Virus record (IMG/VR): IMGVR_UViG_3300033145_003233
Location: 483,944 to 547,943 of that record
Direction: 5' to 3' (one strand)
Length of the DNA stretch: 64,000 nt
Both the position numbers and the translations under genes were made by a program. Positions within the stretch are counted from its first letter, which is position 1. Each line of letters opens with the position of its first letter. Shown piece after piece: positions 30,768 through 39,046 of this stretch. A model generated the notes under the pieces. That model had not been told where the DNA came from. It saw only the letters and a list, made by a program, of their open reading frames with translations, and made no database searches.

Positions 30768-30858
30768 ATAGCAGAGAGCGCCAAATGTTACGTATCAAGC
30801 AAATGTATGCCAGTTGCGTCACCGGGAAGGCCATCTTAATTTATTAAGGTGGTCTTTT
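30768..30858 (+). ncRNA. Candidate ~90-nt sigma54-driven small RNA, or 20-aa peptide mRNA
   Basis: Bounded by the sigma54 promoter and a plus-strand terminator. Contains ATG 30785..TAA 30847 (MLRIKQMYASCVTGKAILIY). Start site inferred from -12 spacing. Confidence 0.4.
30827..30858 (+). terminator. Plus-strand intrinsic terminator
   Basis: AAGGCCATCTTAAT/ATTAAGGTGGTCTT pairs fully via two G-U pairs on the plus strand and has A-C mismatches on the minus strand; ends in TTTT. Confidence 0.65.
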
Positions 30859-31419
30859 CTACTCTACATTGGGATTATAATCTGGTTGCCTTTGGATGTT
30901 ATTATCTTCTTCAGACATTTCTATATCTGATACTATCTGTGCTTCATGAAAAGATCCAATAGCATCTAAAATATTACGATCTGAAATAACGCTTTTTGTG
31001 GCATAATCTTTAGCATATAAAATTCTAATATTAGAAGCCATTCTATTAGTATAATCATAATCATACCTATATGAAATCCAGATAGTAGTAGAAGCAGGTC
31101 TTTTACTAAAAGTTTCTGGAAGAGGAGATCCGCCCGATGAAAACCACCTACTAAATTTCTGCCAATCAACAGCTATTTCAGATTCTCCCTGTTGATTAGA
31201 TGAGCCACCTAATTCAGGACCAGCAGGAGGAATATCTCTTTCAGTCATTTGACCAGGAAGATTAGCATCTCCAACAGGCATTTCTTGGGCTTCTTTCTTA
31301 AGATGTTTAATAGTCTTTATCTCTTTCATTACTATACCATTATAGATATTTTTCTTTTTTCCTGCAAATAAAAAATAAGCCACACAGAAAACCATGTGGC
31401 CTATTTCAGGATAGAGCAA
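30859..31419 (-). CDS. Hypothetical protein (true start may be internal MKEIK...)
   Basis: 186-aa ORF; contains KHLKKEAQ. Confidence 0.6.
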   Translation of the reverse strand: MLYPEIGHMVFCVAYFLFAGKKKNIYNGIVMKEIKTIKHLKKEAQEMPVGDANLPGQMTERDIPPAGPELGGSSNQQGESEIAVDWQKFSRWFSSGGSPLPETFSKRPASTTIWISYRYDYDYTNRMASNIRILYAKDYATKSVISDRNILDAIGSFHEAQIVSDIEMSEEDNNIQRQPDYNPNVE

Positions 31420-31433
31420 ATTCCTACTATTTT

Positions 31434-32417
31434 TTAAAAGTTATAACGAATAGTGATTCCTGTCCATACTTCTGCATCAGAATTCCCATCTCCAGCAAGA
31501 GTGTCATCTAGGTAATAGATGTAATTCACAGAAGGAGTAACAATAATACCGCTAGCCAGCTCCATATCAAACAATACACCAACAGTAACATCTGTAAACT
31601 TATTTTCACTACTCTCGAAACCTTCACTATAATTCAATCTTAAATATATATCAGTCAGCCACTTTTCAGTTAATGGCCTATAATAATCAAGACCTCCAGT
31701 GAAAACAGTTCCATCATATTCATTAACATTATTTCCCTGATCGTCCAATTTTAAATTCCATACTTTACCCACATAAAAACTTGGAACTAATGTCCCTTTT
31801 CCTTCAAAAACAAACAAATTTGGGAAAGCCAATCCCACTCCAAACTCTTGACCATCATCTCCGTCCTCAGCATTAGTTAAATCATAATAAATCTCAGAAA
31901 TAGAAAGCTGAACTTGATGTTTTTCTCCCTCAAATATATTTTGGACATAATAAACTTTATAATTATTTTGCTTAGCCTTCTCTGATCCTTCCCTCTTCGT
32001 TCCCATAGGAGACCAATTCATAATATCCAGATAAAGCTGTCCAGGAAGCTCAGTAATCTTAGGAATTCTATAATTCACACCATATCCCACAGCCCCCTTG
32101 TCATCAAACCAATCTTGACCATACCACTTATGTTTCGATTTAAACACAGTTCTAGCAGTAACCTCGGAATCCCCTAAATACTGACCGAGATCTATCCCGA
32201 AAACATTATTCCTTACTTTAGGAGTATGCATCAGATCAATATTCGGAATAGTAGGGATATTAGGCACTATTGACAGAGTATCGAAATTGAAAAACGAAGA
32301 TGGGATCACTGGAACAACTGGAATAGAAGGCTCCGGCTCTGGAACTTCTTGTGCCATTACGGGCACAAAAAACAACAACACACACAGAAAAGTAATTAAT
32401 AACATACCTTTTCTCAT
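31434..32417 (-). CDS. Secreted outer-membrane beta-barrel (porin-like) protein
   Basis: Sec signal MRKGMLLITFLCVLLFFVPVMA, alternating aromatic beta-strands, C-terminal VWTGITIRYNF with terminal Phe. Confidence 0.7.
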   Translation of the reverse strand: MRKGMLLITFLCVLLFFVPVMAQEVPEPEPSIPVVPVIPSSFFNFDTLSIVPNIPTIPNIDLMHTPKVRNNVFGIDLGQYLGDSEVTARTVFKSKHKWYGQDWFDDKGAVGYGVNYRIPKITELPGQLYLDIMNWSPMGTKREGSEKAKQNNYKVYYVQNIFEGEKHQVQLSISEIYYDLTNAEDGDDGQEFGVGLAFPNLFVFEGKGTLVPSFYVGKVWNLKLDDQGNNVNEYDGTVFTGGLDYYRPLTEKWLTDIYLRLNYSEGFESSENKFTDVTVGVLFDMELASGIIVTPSVNYIYYLDDTLAGDGNSDAEVWTGITIRYNF

Positions 32418-32452
32418 AACTTTCTCCTTTTAAACTAACATTTAAAATACTT

Positions 32453-32701
32453 TCAACTTGAATTATTCGTCATATTTTGTTGTTTTTCTTTATTAGAAAA
32501 ATTCTTTAATGCTTTATTAACTGCTTTATAGTTTCTATATCGTAATAATGTTCTTATTTTTTCCATCCAATAAGGGCTAACATTATAATAAGTATAAGTC
32601 GGCCCTCCATTAAAAGAAATGCCCAGCTCCCCAGCTTGATCATAAGAAGTAATAACTATGGGAGCAGGCCTATATTGTTGGGATATCTTATACCAATTCA
32701 C
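32453..32701 (-). CDS. KTSC-like domain protein
   Basis: ITSYD..GELGISFNGG.TYTYYNV pattern; N-terminus MNWYKISQ. Confidence 0.55.
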   Translation of the reverse strand: MNWYKISQQYRPAPIVITSYDQAGELGISFNGGPTYTYYNVSPYWMEKIRTLLRYRNYKAVNKALKNFSNKEKQQNMTNNSS

Positions 32702-33075
32702 TACTTAGCCATCCTTCTTTCTTCATATCTTTTTCCCTTTACCTGTCTTTCTATTACTAATTCAGATAACCTAGCTTCTGCTTGTTTTAATGCCTCTTTT
32801 TCCATAGGGGTAGGCGGAGCAGGTTCTTTCTTTTGCTCAAAAACCTGATAATTCTTCATTTGTTGAATATGTTGCTGTTGCTGAAAAACCCGATCATCAG
32901 AAATAGCCATATCCACTCTTTCATTAATCAATTCGTCATTCTCTACCCTAACTTTAACCTCTTCTTTAACTTCAGCATCTTTAGCAAAATATTTTTCAAT
33001 AGCAAATAAGGTTCCACCAATAGTTATAATACCAATAATAAGGCCAACTACTATTTGCACTTTACCTAACTTCAT
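32701..33075 (-). CDS. Single-pass membrane protein with coiled coil
   Basis: Hydrophobic VQIVVGLIIGIITIGGTLFAI, then charged helix. Confidence 0.65.
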   Translation of the reverse strand: MKLGKVQIVVGLIIGIITIGGTLFAIEKYFAKDAEVKEEVKVRVENDELINERVDMAISDDRVFQQQQHIQQMKNYQVFEQKKEPAPPTPMEKEALKQAEARLSELVIERQVKGKRYEERRMAK

Positions 33076-33141
33076 ATTTCTATCCCTCCAAAATAAATTT
33101 ATACTGATATATATTGAGAAATAGGATTGAAAAACCTCTTA

Positions 33142-33387
33142 TTATCTTGCGTGGAAATGATAATGTTCAGGGATTGCCCTTCTTTTAAAATCCAACTCGG
33201 CATCAGGGAAATACTCTTTGGCATGATCCACCATAACTTCAACTTCTTCTTCAGTAGGAAATACATGACTTTTCCATACATACATAGGAACTTCGCACTT
33301 CATACAATCCATCACGACAAAATCATCTTCTTCAAAATGCCATGTGGTTACTTTTTCTAACTTACATAATCTACATTCTTTAGCCAT
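33142..33387 (-). CDS. Small HIT-like protein
   Basis: N-terminal CxxC and C-terminal HYHFHA histidine triad. Confidence 0.6.
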   Translation of the reverse strand: MAKECRLCKLEKVTTWHFEEDDFVVMDCMKCEVPMYVWKSHVFPTEEEVEVMVDHAKEYFPDAELDFKRRAIPEHYHFHAR

Positions 33388-33575
33388 TACAAATCCAATA
33401 TATCTAATCTATTGAGAGGCTTGGGTTTTCGTCCTCTTTTTTTCTTTTTAGATAAAACTATTTTACCATCTTTAACGGTAATCTTAAAGTCCTTCTCTAA
33501 TTCTTTCAAATCTGGAAGAGAATTAAGCATATTTTTCAACAACTTATTCCTCTCTTCTGTAAACTCAAAACCCAC
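33387..33575 (-). CDS. Small protein ending NRLDILDL
   Basis: 62 aa; stop overlaps next start. Confidence 0.65.
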   Translation of the reverse strand: MGFEFTEERNKLLKNMLNSLPDLKELEKDFKITVKDGKIVLSKKKKRGRKPKPLNRLDILDL

Positions 33576-33583
33576 TATAAATC

Positions 33584-34171
33584 CTATAACAATTTTTCAT
33601 ATTCTACAAAATTATGATCATCAAAGCAAACTATTTGGACCAAATCTATATAAGTATATACATGACTATTAAAAAAATTCCAAAAAGCATTAATTGCTAC
33701 TTCTGCGGCAACATCTTTTGGAAAACAATACGCTCCTGTAGAGATACAAGGAAATGCTATAGATTTTAATCCCTGAAGCTCTGCTAATAACAAACAACTT
33801 TTATAACAGTTTTCTAGCATCTCTTTTTTTATTTCGGGAGAAACACCATCAGTCCAAACAGGCCCAACGGTATGAATTATATATTTAGAAGGCATATTAT
33901 AAGCCCCAGTAATCCTGGCCTCTCCTTGAGGGCATCCATATAAATTAAGACATTCTCCCAGAAGTTTTTGCCCAGAAGCCTGATGCATAGCTCCATCAAC
34001 TCCTCCTCCACCTGTTAAATCATCATGCGCAGCATTTACTACTGCATCTACTTCCAATTGAGTTATGTCCCCCCGAATTAACTCGATATCAACATATGGA
34101 GTCTTTTCATTAGTTTCTCTCTCCATCATACTTACTTCTAAATCTTTACTAATTTCTTCCATGTCAGACAT
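33584..34171 (-). CDS. Macro-domain ADP-ribose hydrolase, YmdB/MacroD-like
   Basis: GDITQLEVDAVVNAA...GGGGVDGAMH...IIHTVGP...SIAFPCISTGAY. Confidence 0.9.
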   Translation of the reverse strand: MSDMEEISKDLEVSMMERETNEKTPYVDIELIRGDITQLEVDAVVNAAHDDLTGGGGVDGAMHQASGQKLLGECLNLYGCPQGEARITGAYNMPSKYIIHTVGPVWTDGVSPEIKKEMLENCYKSCLLLAELQGLKSIAFPCISTGAYCFPKDVAAEVAINAFWNFFNSHVYTYIDLVQIVCFDDHNFVEYEKLL

Positions 34172-34192
34172 AACTTTCTCCCAATCTATAAT

Positions 34193-34471
34193 CTATGTAA
34201 CTGATTCTCGTAATAAGCTATCTTCCTCTGCCTGTCCGTTTCTATCATCTCCTCCTTCTCCATCTGATTTAGATTCCTCAATGCTTCCTTGAACACTTTC
34301 CTCCTCTGTTTTTTCTCTTTCCTGGCTTTTCTTATCGTAGTCATCGATTGCTCTCCTCACTTTTTGTTCTCTATCGATTATTTCGCTCATTTCTTTTAAA
34401 CAACAATGTTTGTACTTGCGGTCACTACCACAAGGACATTTCTCATTTCTCCCTATCTTATTCTTACTCAT
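34193..34471 (-). CDS. SEC-C motif protein
   Basis: IGRNEKCPCGSDRKYKHCC. Confidence 0.85.
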   Translation of the reverse strand: MSKNKIGRNEKCPCGSDRKYKHCCLKEMSEIIDREQKVRRAIDDYDKKSQEREKTEEESVQGSIEESKSDGEGGDDRNGQAEEDSLLRESVT

Positions 34472-34480
34472 TTCCCCCCC

Positions 34481-34768
34481 CTATAAATCCAATATTTCGT
34501 ACCTGCTTACTACCTTAGATGATTTTTTGTGAGAACCTCTTTTATTAAGAGATGGACAGACAGAAGATATAGTCGGGATAGACTCCTTATTGCGTCTCCT
34601 AGCAAGAATCTTTTTTATCCTGTCAGGATCTGCAATGGCCTTATAGGTTTTAGTAGGTCTACCCCGATATATCGCTGGCTCAAATAATCTATCATCCCAA
34701 ATATAAAATTTAGAATGAGGAGTTACTCTTTCTCCCTGCTCGCTTATTATTTCCGCCGAAACTCTCAT
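34481..34768 (-). CDS. Small basic protein ending SRYEILDL
   Basis: 95-aa ORF. Confidence 0.65.
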   Translation of the reverse strand: MRVSAEIISEQGERVTPHSKFYIWDDRLFEPAIYRGRPTKTYKAIADPDRIKKILARRRNKESIPTISSVCPSLNKRGSHKKSSKVVSRYEILDL

Positions 34769-34782
34769 ATAAATATTATCGG

Positions 34783-35202
34783 CTAGAAATCTCCTCCACC
34801 ACTATCGAAATCGCTGCTACCATAATCACTGCTGCTGCCACTGTCAGTATCGCTACTGCCAAAGTCGCTGCTATCGGATGTAATTTCCTCTACAGCTACG
34901 GCTGATTCAGCTTCAACTGCCTCAGGCTCCACTTCTTCAAACGTCAACTCCATCATTTCATCTACAGACTCATCAAATTCCGACATAACTTCCTCATCTA
35001 ATAGAAGTAAATACAGAACGACTAGTTCTACATCAAGGATATCATCATCGTAATCATAAATATCTACACTAGTGCGTGTAGGATATTTTTTACGAAGTTC
35101 TTTTAACCTTTTTACCTTTTCTTCTTTCGACAAGTTTTTCAACTCTTTTTCCTGCTCTGCAATGCTCTTCGCATTCTTCTCTTTTCTACTAAATCCTAAC
35201 AT
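34783..35202 (-). CDS. Hypothetical protein with acidic Ser/Asp/Gly tail
   Basis: 139 aa; SD AAGGAAAG upstream. Confidence 0.6.
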   Translation of the reverse strand: MLGFSRKEKNAKSIAEQEKELKNLSKEEKVKRLKELRKKYPTRTSVDIYDYDDDILDVELVVLYLLLLDEEVMSEFDESVDEMMELTFEEVEPEAVEAESAVAVEEITSDSSDFGSSDTDSGSSSDYGSSDFDSGGGDF

Positions 35203-35249
35203 AACTTCTTTCCTTTCTTCAAAAATGTATTACTAGAAAACAACAATTT

Positions 35250-36182
35250 TTACCCTAAAATATTACAAATTTTGTCAATTTGTATCTTATGGGTCTTTAT
35301 TAATTTCTTTGCTTCTAACTTGAGATTATCAATATTCCCTTTTGTAACATTATCCATATCATCTGAAGCCACAACAAGACTTGTTTGTAATCTTATAAAA
35401 GAATCTCCAAGAATTTGTTTCATCTGATAATCTACAACATCACTAGCCCCATCAAACATGCAACTCAACAAAGGAACCGTCCATCCAACAAGACCCCAAT
35501 CCTTAGCCTCTGAATAAGAAATAGATCTTGTTAATTCTCCAGTCCCTAAAGACACAACAAAAATTTCTTTTTCATCAGGAAATAATCTTTTACATTCAGC
35601 ATACGCAGATACAGCTGGATTATTTACAAATACCCCACCATCAATCAAAACCCTTGTACCGCTACCCACTTGGATAGATGCTGGTTCAAAATACGTTGGA
35701 GCAGCCGAAGTAGCTCTTGCTACAAGTCTCATTTCTGTAGTATTCCACTCATCTCTCCAACTCTTAAAGAAATAAGGCTCTCTATTCTGTATATCATAAC
35801 TAGTTATCAACACATTTTTCAACGAAGCTCCCAAAGGCTCATTTTTAAAATATTCTTTAAGAACTTTTTCTAAACCTTTCTCAGAATATTTCTCATTACC
35901 CAAACCTCCTATTGAAGAGAACCCCTTCCAAAGAGAACGTGGGAAAATCTCTTTTCCTTTTTTCTCATACAGTTCAGCAAAATCCTGAGCAGTATATTTA
36001 GAGCCTCCATTGCCATCGTTGTGGGACATACCCAACGCTATTATCCCACCAGTTGAAGTCCCAGCTAAAAAATCAAATAATTTAGCGACACTCTTCCCTG
36101 TTCTTTTTTCAATCTCAGCCAATATTAATGCTGGGATGATTCCTCTAATCCCACCACCATCTATAGATAAAACACATTTCAT
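35250..36182 (-). CDS. Patatin-like phospholipase
   Basis: DGGGIRG oxyanion loop, GTSTG nucleophile elbow, DGG catalytic Asp. Confidence 0.92.
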   Translation of the reverse strand: MKCVLSIDGGGIRGIIPALILAEIEKRTGKSVAKLFDFLAGTSTGGIIALGMSHNDGNGGSKYTAQDFAELYEKKGKEIFPRSLWKGFSSIGGLGNEKYSEKGLEKVLKEYFKNEPLGASLKNVLITSYDIQNREPYFFKSWRDEWNTTEMRLVARATSAAPTYFEPASIQVGSGTRVLIDGGVFVNNPAVSAYAECKRLFPDEKEIFVVSLGTGELTRSISYSEAKDWGLVGWTVPLLSCMFDGASDVVDYQMKQILGDSFIRLQTSLVVASDDMDNVTKGNIDNLKLEAKKLIKTHKIQIDKICNILG

Positions 36183-36260
36183 TATTACTCCCCCTAAATA
36201 TCCAAAATATCAAATCTATCTATGTTATCTATTACCGTCTCCTTAAAATCTTTCCTCTAA

Positions 36261-36518
36261 TCATTTCTCCTCGTTGAAAGCATCTTTATAAGATTTGTCT
36301 GTTAAAAAATGACAAGCTCCAGCTCTAAATTTCATTCTCTTATAATTATCGATAAGAGGTAAAATGGTTAAAATCGCCCCCAATTTTTTCCAGTTAGACC
36401 ACCCAAACATAGAATCATAGGTTGACCACCACTTATTATTAACACCAAACCTGTTGGTTCTAAAAATAAGATGGACGCCTATTTTCCAATTCTTAACAAA
36501 ATATCTAATTCTCCCCAT
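36261..36518 (-). CDS. Hypothetical protein
   Basis: 85-aa ORF. Confidence 0.5.
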   Translation of the reverse strand: MGRIRYFVKNWKIGVHLIFRTNRFGVNNKWWSTYDSMFGWSNWKKLGAILTILPLIDNYKRMKFRAGACHFLTDKSYKDAFNEEK

Positions 36519-36526
36519 TTACAAAT

Positions 36527-36820
36527 CTATACTTGAGATTGTCTTCTCTTCAATTCTCGTCTTCTCAGCAACTCTTTTCTTTGTAAAATATCCACAGATT
36601 TTTTACTAGGAACAGGGGCATCTCCGTCTGCCTTCTTAAAAACAATCTTGGGCATTAGATGTTTATTCCGATCTTCCCATCCCATCGAATAGCCCGCAAA
36701 AAAGATACCTAGGACTATAGCAAGAAGCAAAAGAACAACAGATGCCCTTCTTACAACCTTCTTCCATGTAGGATTTTGAACCCTGTCAAAATACGCTCGG
36801 TTTTCATAACCTGGTCTCAT
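36527..36820 (-). CDS. Single-pass membrane protein
   Basis: Hydrophobic ASVVLLLLAIVLGIFFAGY; SD AGGAG; directly downstream of sigma70 promoter. Confidence 0.65.
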   Translation of the reverse strand: MRPGYENRAYFDRVQNPTWKKVVRRASVVLLLLAIVLGIFFAGYSMGWEDRNKHLMPKIVFKKADGDAPVPSKKSVDILQRKELLRRRELKRRQSQV

Positions 36821-36879
36821 CAGTCAATCTCCTTCTTTCTAAATCCATAAAATCAACAATCACTATTATATACTATTGT

Positions 36880-36908
36880 ATTATACCACCTTTTCACTTT
36901 CAAGTCAA
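36880..36908 (-). promoter_or_regulatory. Sigma70-type (early) promoter
   Basis: TTGACT-N17-TATAAT on the minus strand, 60 nt upstream of ATG 36820. Confidence 0.8.
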
Positions 36909-37042
36909 ATTAAAAAATTAATAACAATAGCAACAATTAACCTCATAACTACCCTCTATATTGCCTCCACAAGCCCTCAGATCGTCCAGAATCAACTTTA
37001 ATGAACAAGTGGAGTAAATATGCCTTATTTTACTTTTAAGCC

Positions 37043-37243
37043 CTATAAATCTAAAATCTCGAATCTATTTTCTATGGGTTCTGGATTAAGTACATTAGCA
37101 ATACGTTCCCAGCCTATAGACCGATGACAATCAGCACAAAGCAAACGGCTACGAGTTTTGCCAGATGAAGAGACAATAATACGATCAACAAAAAGTGTGC
37201 AATCAACTCCGTCTTTGCCGCAAGCTAAACAGAAACTTCCCAT
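37043..37243 (-). CDS. Small zinc-finger protein ending NRFEILDL
   Basis: CxxC...CxxC; 66 aa. Confidence 0.7.
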   Translation of the reverse strand: MGSFCLACGKDGVDCTLFVDRIIVSSSGKTRSRLLCADCHRSIGWERIANVLNPEPIENRFEILDL

Positions 37244-37249
37244 TTCTTC

Positions 37250-37456
37250 CTACAAATCTAAAATATCAAAACGGCTCTCTATTATTTCTTTTTTAACTAT
37301 TTTTCTCTTCTCTTTCGCAACATGCCATGCTCCACAAGCACAAGGACCATCTATAGTATCGCATCTAACCCCACCATTACTTCCTAAATCGACATATTGG
37401 GAATGAGCATCTACTAATCCAAAATCCAAAGCTCCATCAACATAACAACATGCCAT
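37250..37456 (-). CDS. Small Cys-rich protein ending SRFDILDL
   Basis: CDTIDGPCACGAWH; 68 aa. Confidence 0.65.
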   Translation of the reverse strand: MACCYVDGALDFGLVDAHSQYVDLGSNGGVRCDTIDGPCACGAWHVAKEKRKIVKKEIIESRFDILDL

Positions 37457-37515
37457 TAACTCATCAAAAGTATGGATATGCTTCTCTGGATTATTCTTTA
37501 TATGCCCTAATTTGT

Positions 37516-37764
37516 CTAACCTTCCGATTTTTCTTCCCTTTTCCTAAAAGCCCTTTTTAAAACACCTTCATTATCTACATCTTTACCCCCATCATAAGAT
37601 AAAGGAATATCAAAATATAAAGCACATGCAGAAGCAGCTTCTCGACCCACTGGATACCAACTAGTTAATGACTCTCCGCTCTCAGATTGAAAGAATAATT
37701 CAGATTTACATAAAACTAGTAAAGTGCATTTATCTATTATCTCAAACATTATTTTTACTCCCAT
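37516..37764 (-). CDS. Hypothetical protein
   Basis: 82-aa ORF. Confidence 0.5.
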   Translation of the reverse strand: MGVKIMFEIIDKCTLLVLCKSELFFQSESGESLTSWYPVGREAASACALYFDIPLSYDGGKDVDNEGVLKRAFRKREEKSEG

Positions 37765-38282
37765 GAAAAATCATCTTCCTCGTCAACTTTAGATAATTGT
37801 TTCAGATCTTCTAAAGAATGATTTAAGTCATCTTGTTGTAGGGCATAAGTTTTGCCATACCCCAAATCAGTAATATTATCTTCGCTGATAAGATCATTAC
37901 AATACACCCACCCAACAAAAGTATAAGTAGGCAATTCCCCTACCATTAAAACATATATATCTACATCATTTTTCTCCTTCTTAATATATCCTAACAATCT
38001 TCCTGTTTTATACGAAGTTTGCTTGATATCTATTCTATTATCATCTAGCAAAACATCATAACCACCTTTTCTAGGCTCTATAGAAAAATCAGGGTACAAA
38101 TTACATAATTTACAAAAAGCCAACTCAGCACCAAAACCATCTATATCAGTTATAGCATTACTTTGGCCTCCCATTTTTGCATCATGGACGCCTGCTTTTC
38201 TATTGGATTCGTATCTTAATTGAGCAACTTTTTTAACTATTGCTTGCTCCATATCATCTAAAACAACTATTTTTGAGTCCAT
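37755..38282 (-). CDS. PD-(D/E)xK-like nuclease-fold protein
   Basis: GAELAF...YDV...IDIKQT pattern; SD GGAG. Confidence 0.5.
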   Translation of the reverse strand: MDSKIVVLDDMEQAIVKKVAQLRYESNRKAGVHDAKMGGQSNAITDIDGFGAELAFCKLCNLYPDFSIEPRKGGYDVLLDDNRIDIKQTSYKTGRLLGYIKKEKNDVDIYVLMVGELPTYTFVGWVYCNDLISEDNITDLGYGKTYALQQDDLNHSLEDLKQLSKVDEEDDFSWE

Positions 38283-38291
38283 TTTTCTCTC

Positions 38292-38627
38292 CTACAAATC
38301 TAAAATATCATATCTGCTATATATCTTTTCCACCTCTGCCCTCAAAATATCGACTTCTTCCCTTAAGCCTTTTATCTCCTCCATAAATGCGACTCTCTCT
38401 AACTCTACATTTTTATTTAATACATAAATTTTCCCTGTTGTATTAAAAACATTGCTTTCTGCCCCCTTCTTTTTACCCCATTGACGATTGCCTAAGAATT
38501 TTACCTTAATACTCTTTTGCCTAACTTTAATTATTTCTGCTTCTTCATGAACCATCCCGCCAGGACCACTACGAAAATAAAACACATGCTGCCCTACACG
38601 CAACTCTATTTGCACCATATCTCTCAT
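38292..38627 (-). CDS. Small beta-domain plus coiled-coil protein ending SRYDILDL
   Basis: 111 aa. Confidence 0.65.
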   Translation of the reverse strand: MRDMVQIELRVGQHVFYFRSGPGGMVHEEAEIIKVRQKSIKVKFLGNRQWGKKKGAESNVFNTTGKIYVLNKNVELERVAFMEEIKGLREEVDILRAEVEKIYSRYDILDL

Positions 38628-38818
38628 TATAAATCTAAAATCTCAAATCTACTATTGATAGGATCATAATACTCTACATCATATCTATCATGACAATAAC
38701 TTTCATCACACTTTCTACAAAATGGCATAACGTCCCCCTTATCTACCATGTTAAAGGACTTAAACGAATCCCATGGAAATTCTCTACCACAATGATAACA
38801 TATATATATCTTATTCAC
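38627..38818 (-). CDS. Small zinc-finger protein ending SRFEILDL
   Basis: CYHC...CRKC; GTG start after AGGAG. Confidence 0.7.
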   Translation of the reverse strand: MNKIYICYHCGREFPWDSFKSFNMVDKGDVMPFCRKCDESYCHDRYDVEYYDPINSRFEILDL

Positions 38819-38830
38819 TTTTCTCCTATC

Positions 38831-39004
38831 TTATATCGCAATCTGGGGATTGGCACAGTCAGGGCAAGGAATGATTTTCCAATAAGTCCCAGCGGGGCAA
38901 TCAGATTTGCAAGGATACGACTTATTACAACCAGCACACCACTCTTCGCCCTTGACTTCCCTACTTCCTCCACATGTTTTGCACTGGTTCTGTTGCTTAG
39001 ACAT
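38831..39004 (-). CDS. Small Cys-rich protein, 57 aa, below ORF-track cutoff
   Basis: Manual translation MSKQQNQCKTCGGSREVKGEEWCAGCNKSYPCKSDCPAGTYWKIIPCPDCANPQIAI; SD AGGAG. Confidence 0.7.
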   Translation of the reverse strand: MSKQQNQCKTCGGSREVKGEEWCAGCNKSYPCKSDCPAGTYWKIIPCPDCANPQIAI

Positions 39005-39046
39005 TACTTTTCTCCTATCTTATATCGCATACTGGGGATTATATTC

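Noticed and set aside
33575-36545. Weak tag-like endings (EYEKLL*DL* after the macro gene; SSIDL* in an alternate frame at ~36520)
   Set aside because: Lack the R-[FYL]-[ED] core or are out of frame; likely chance in AT-rich DNA.
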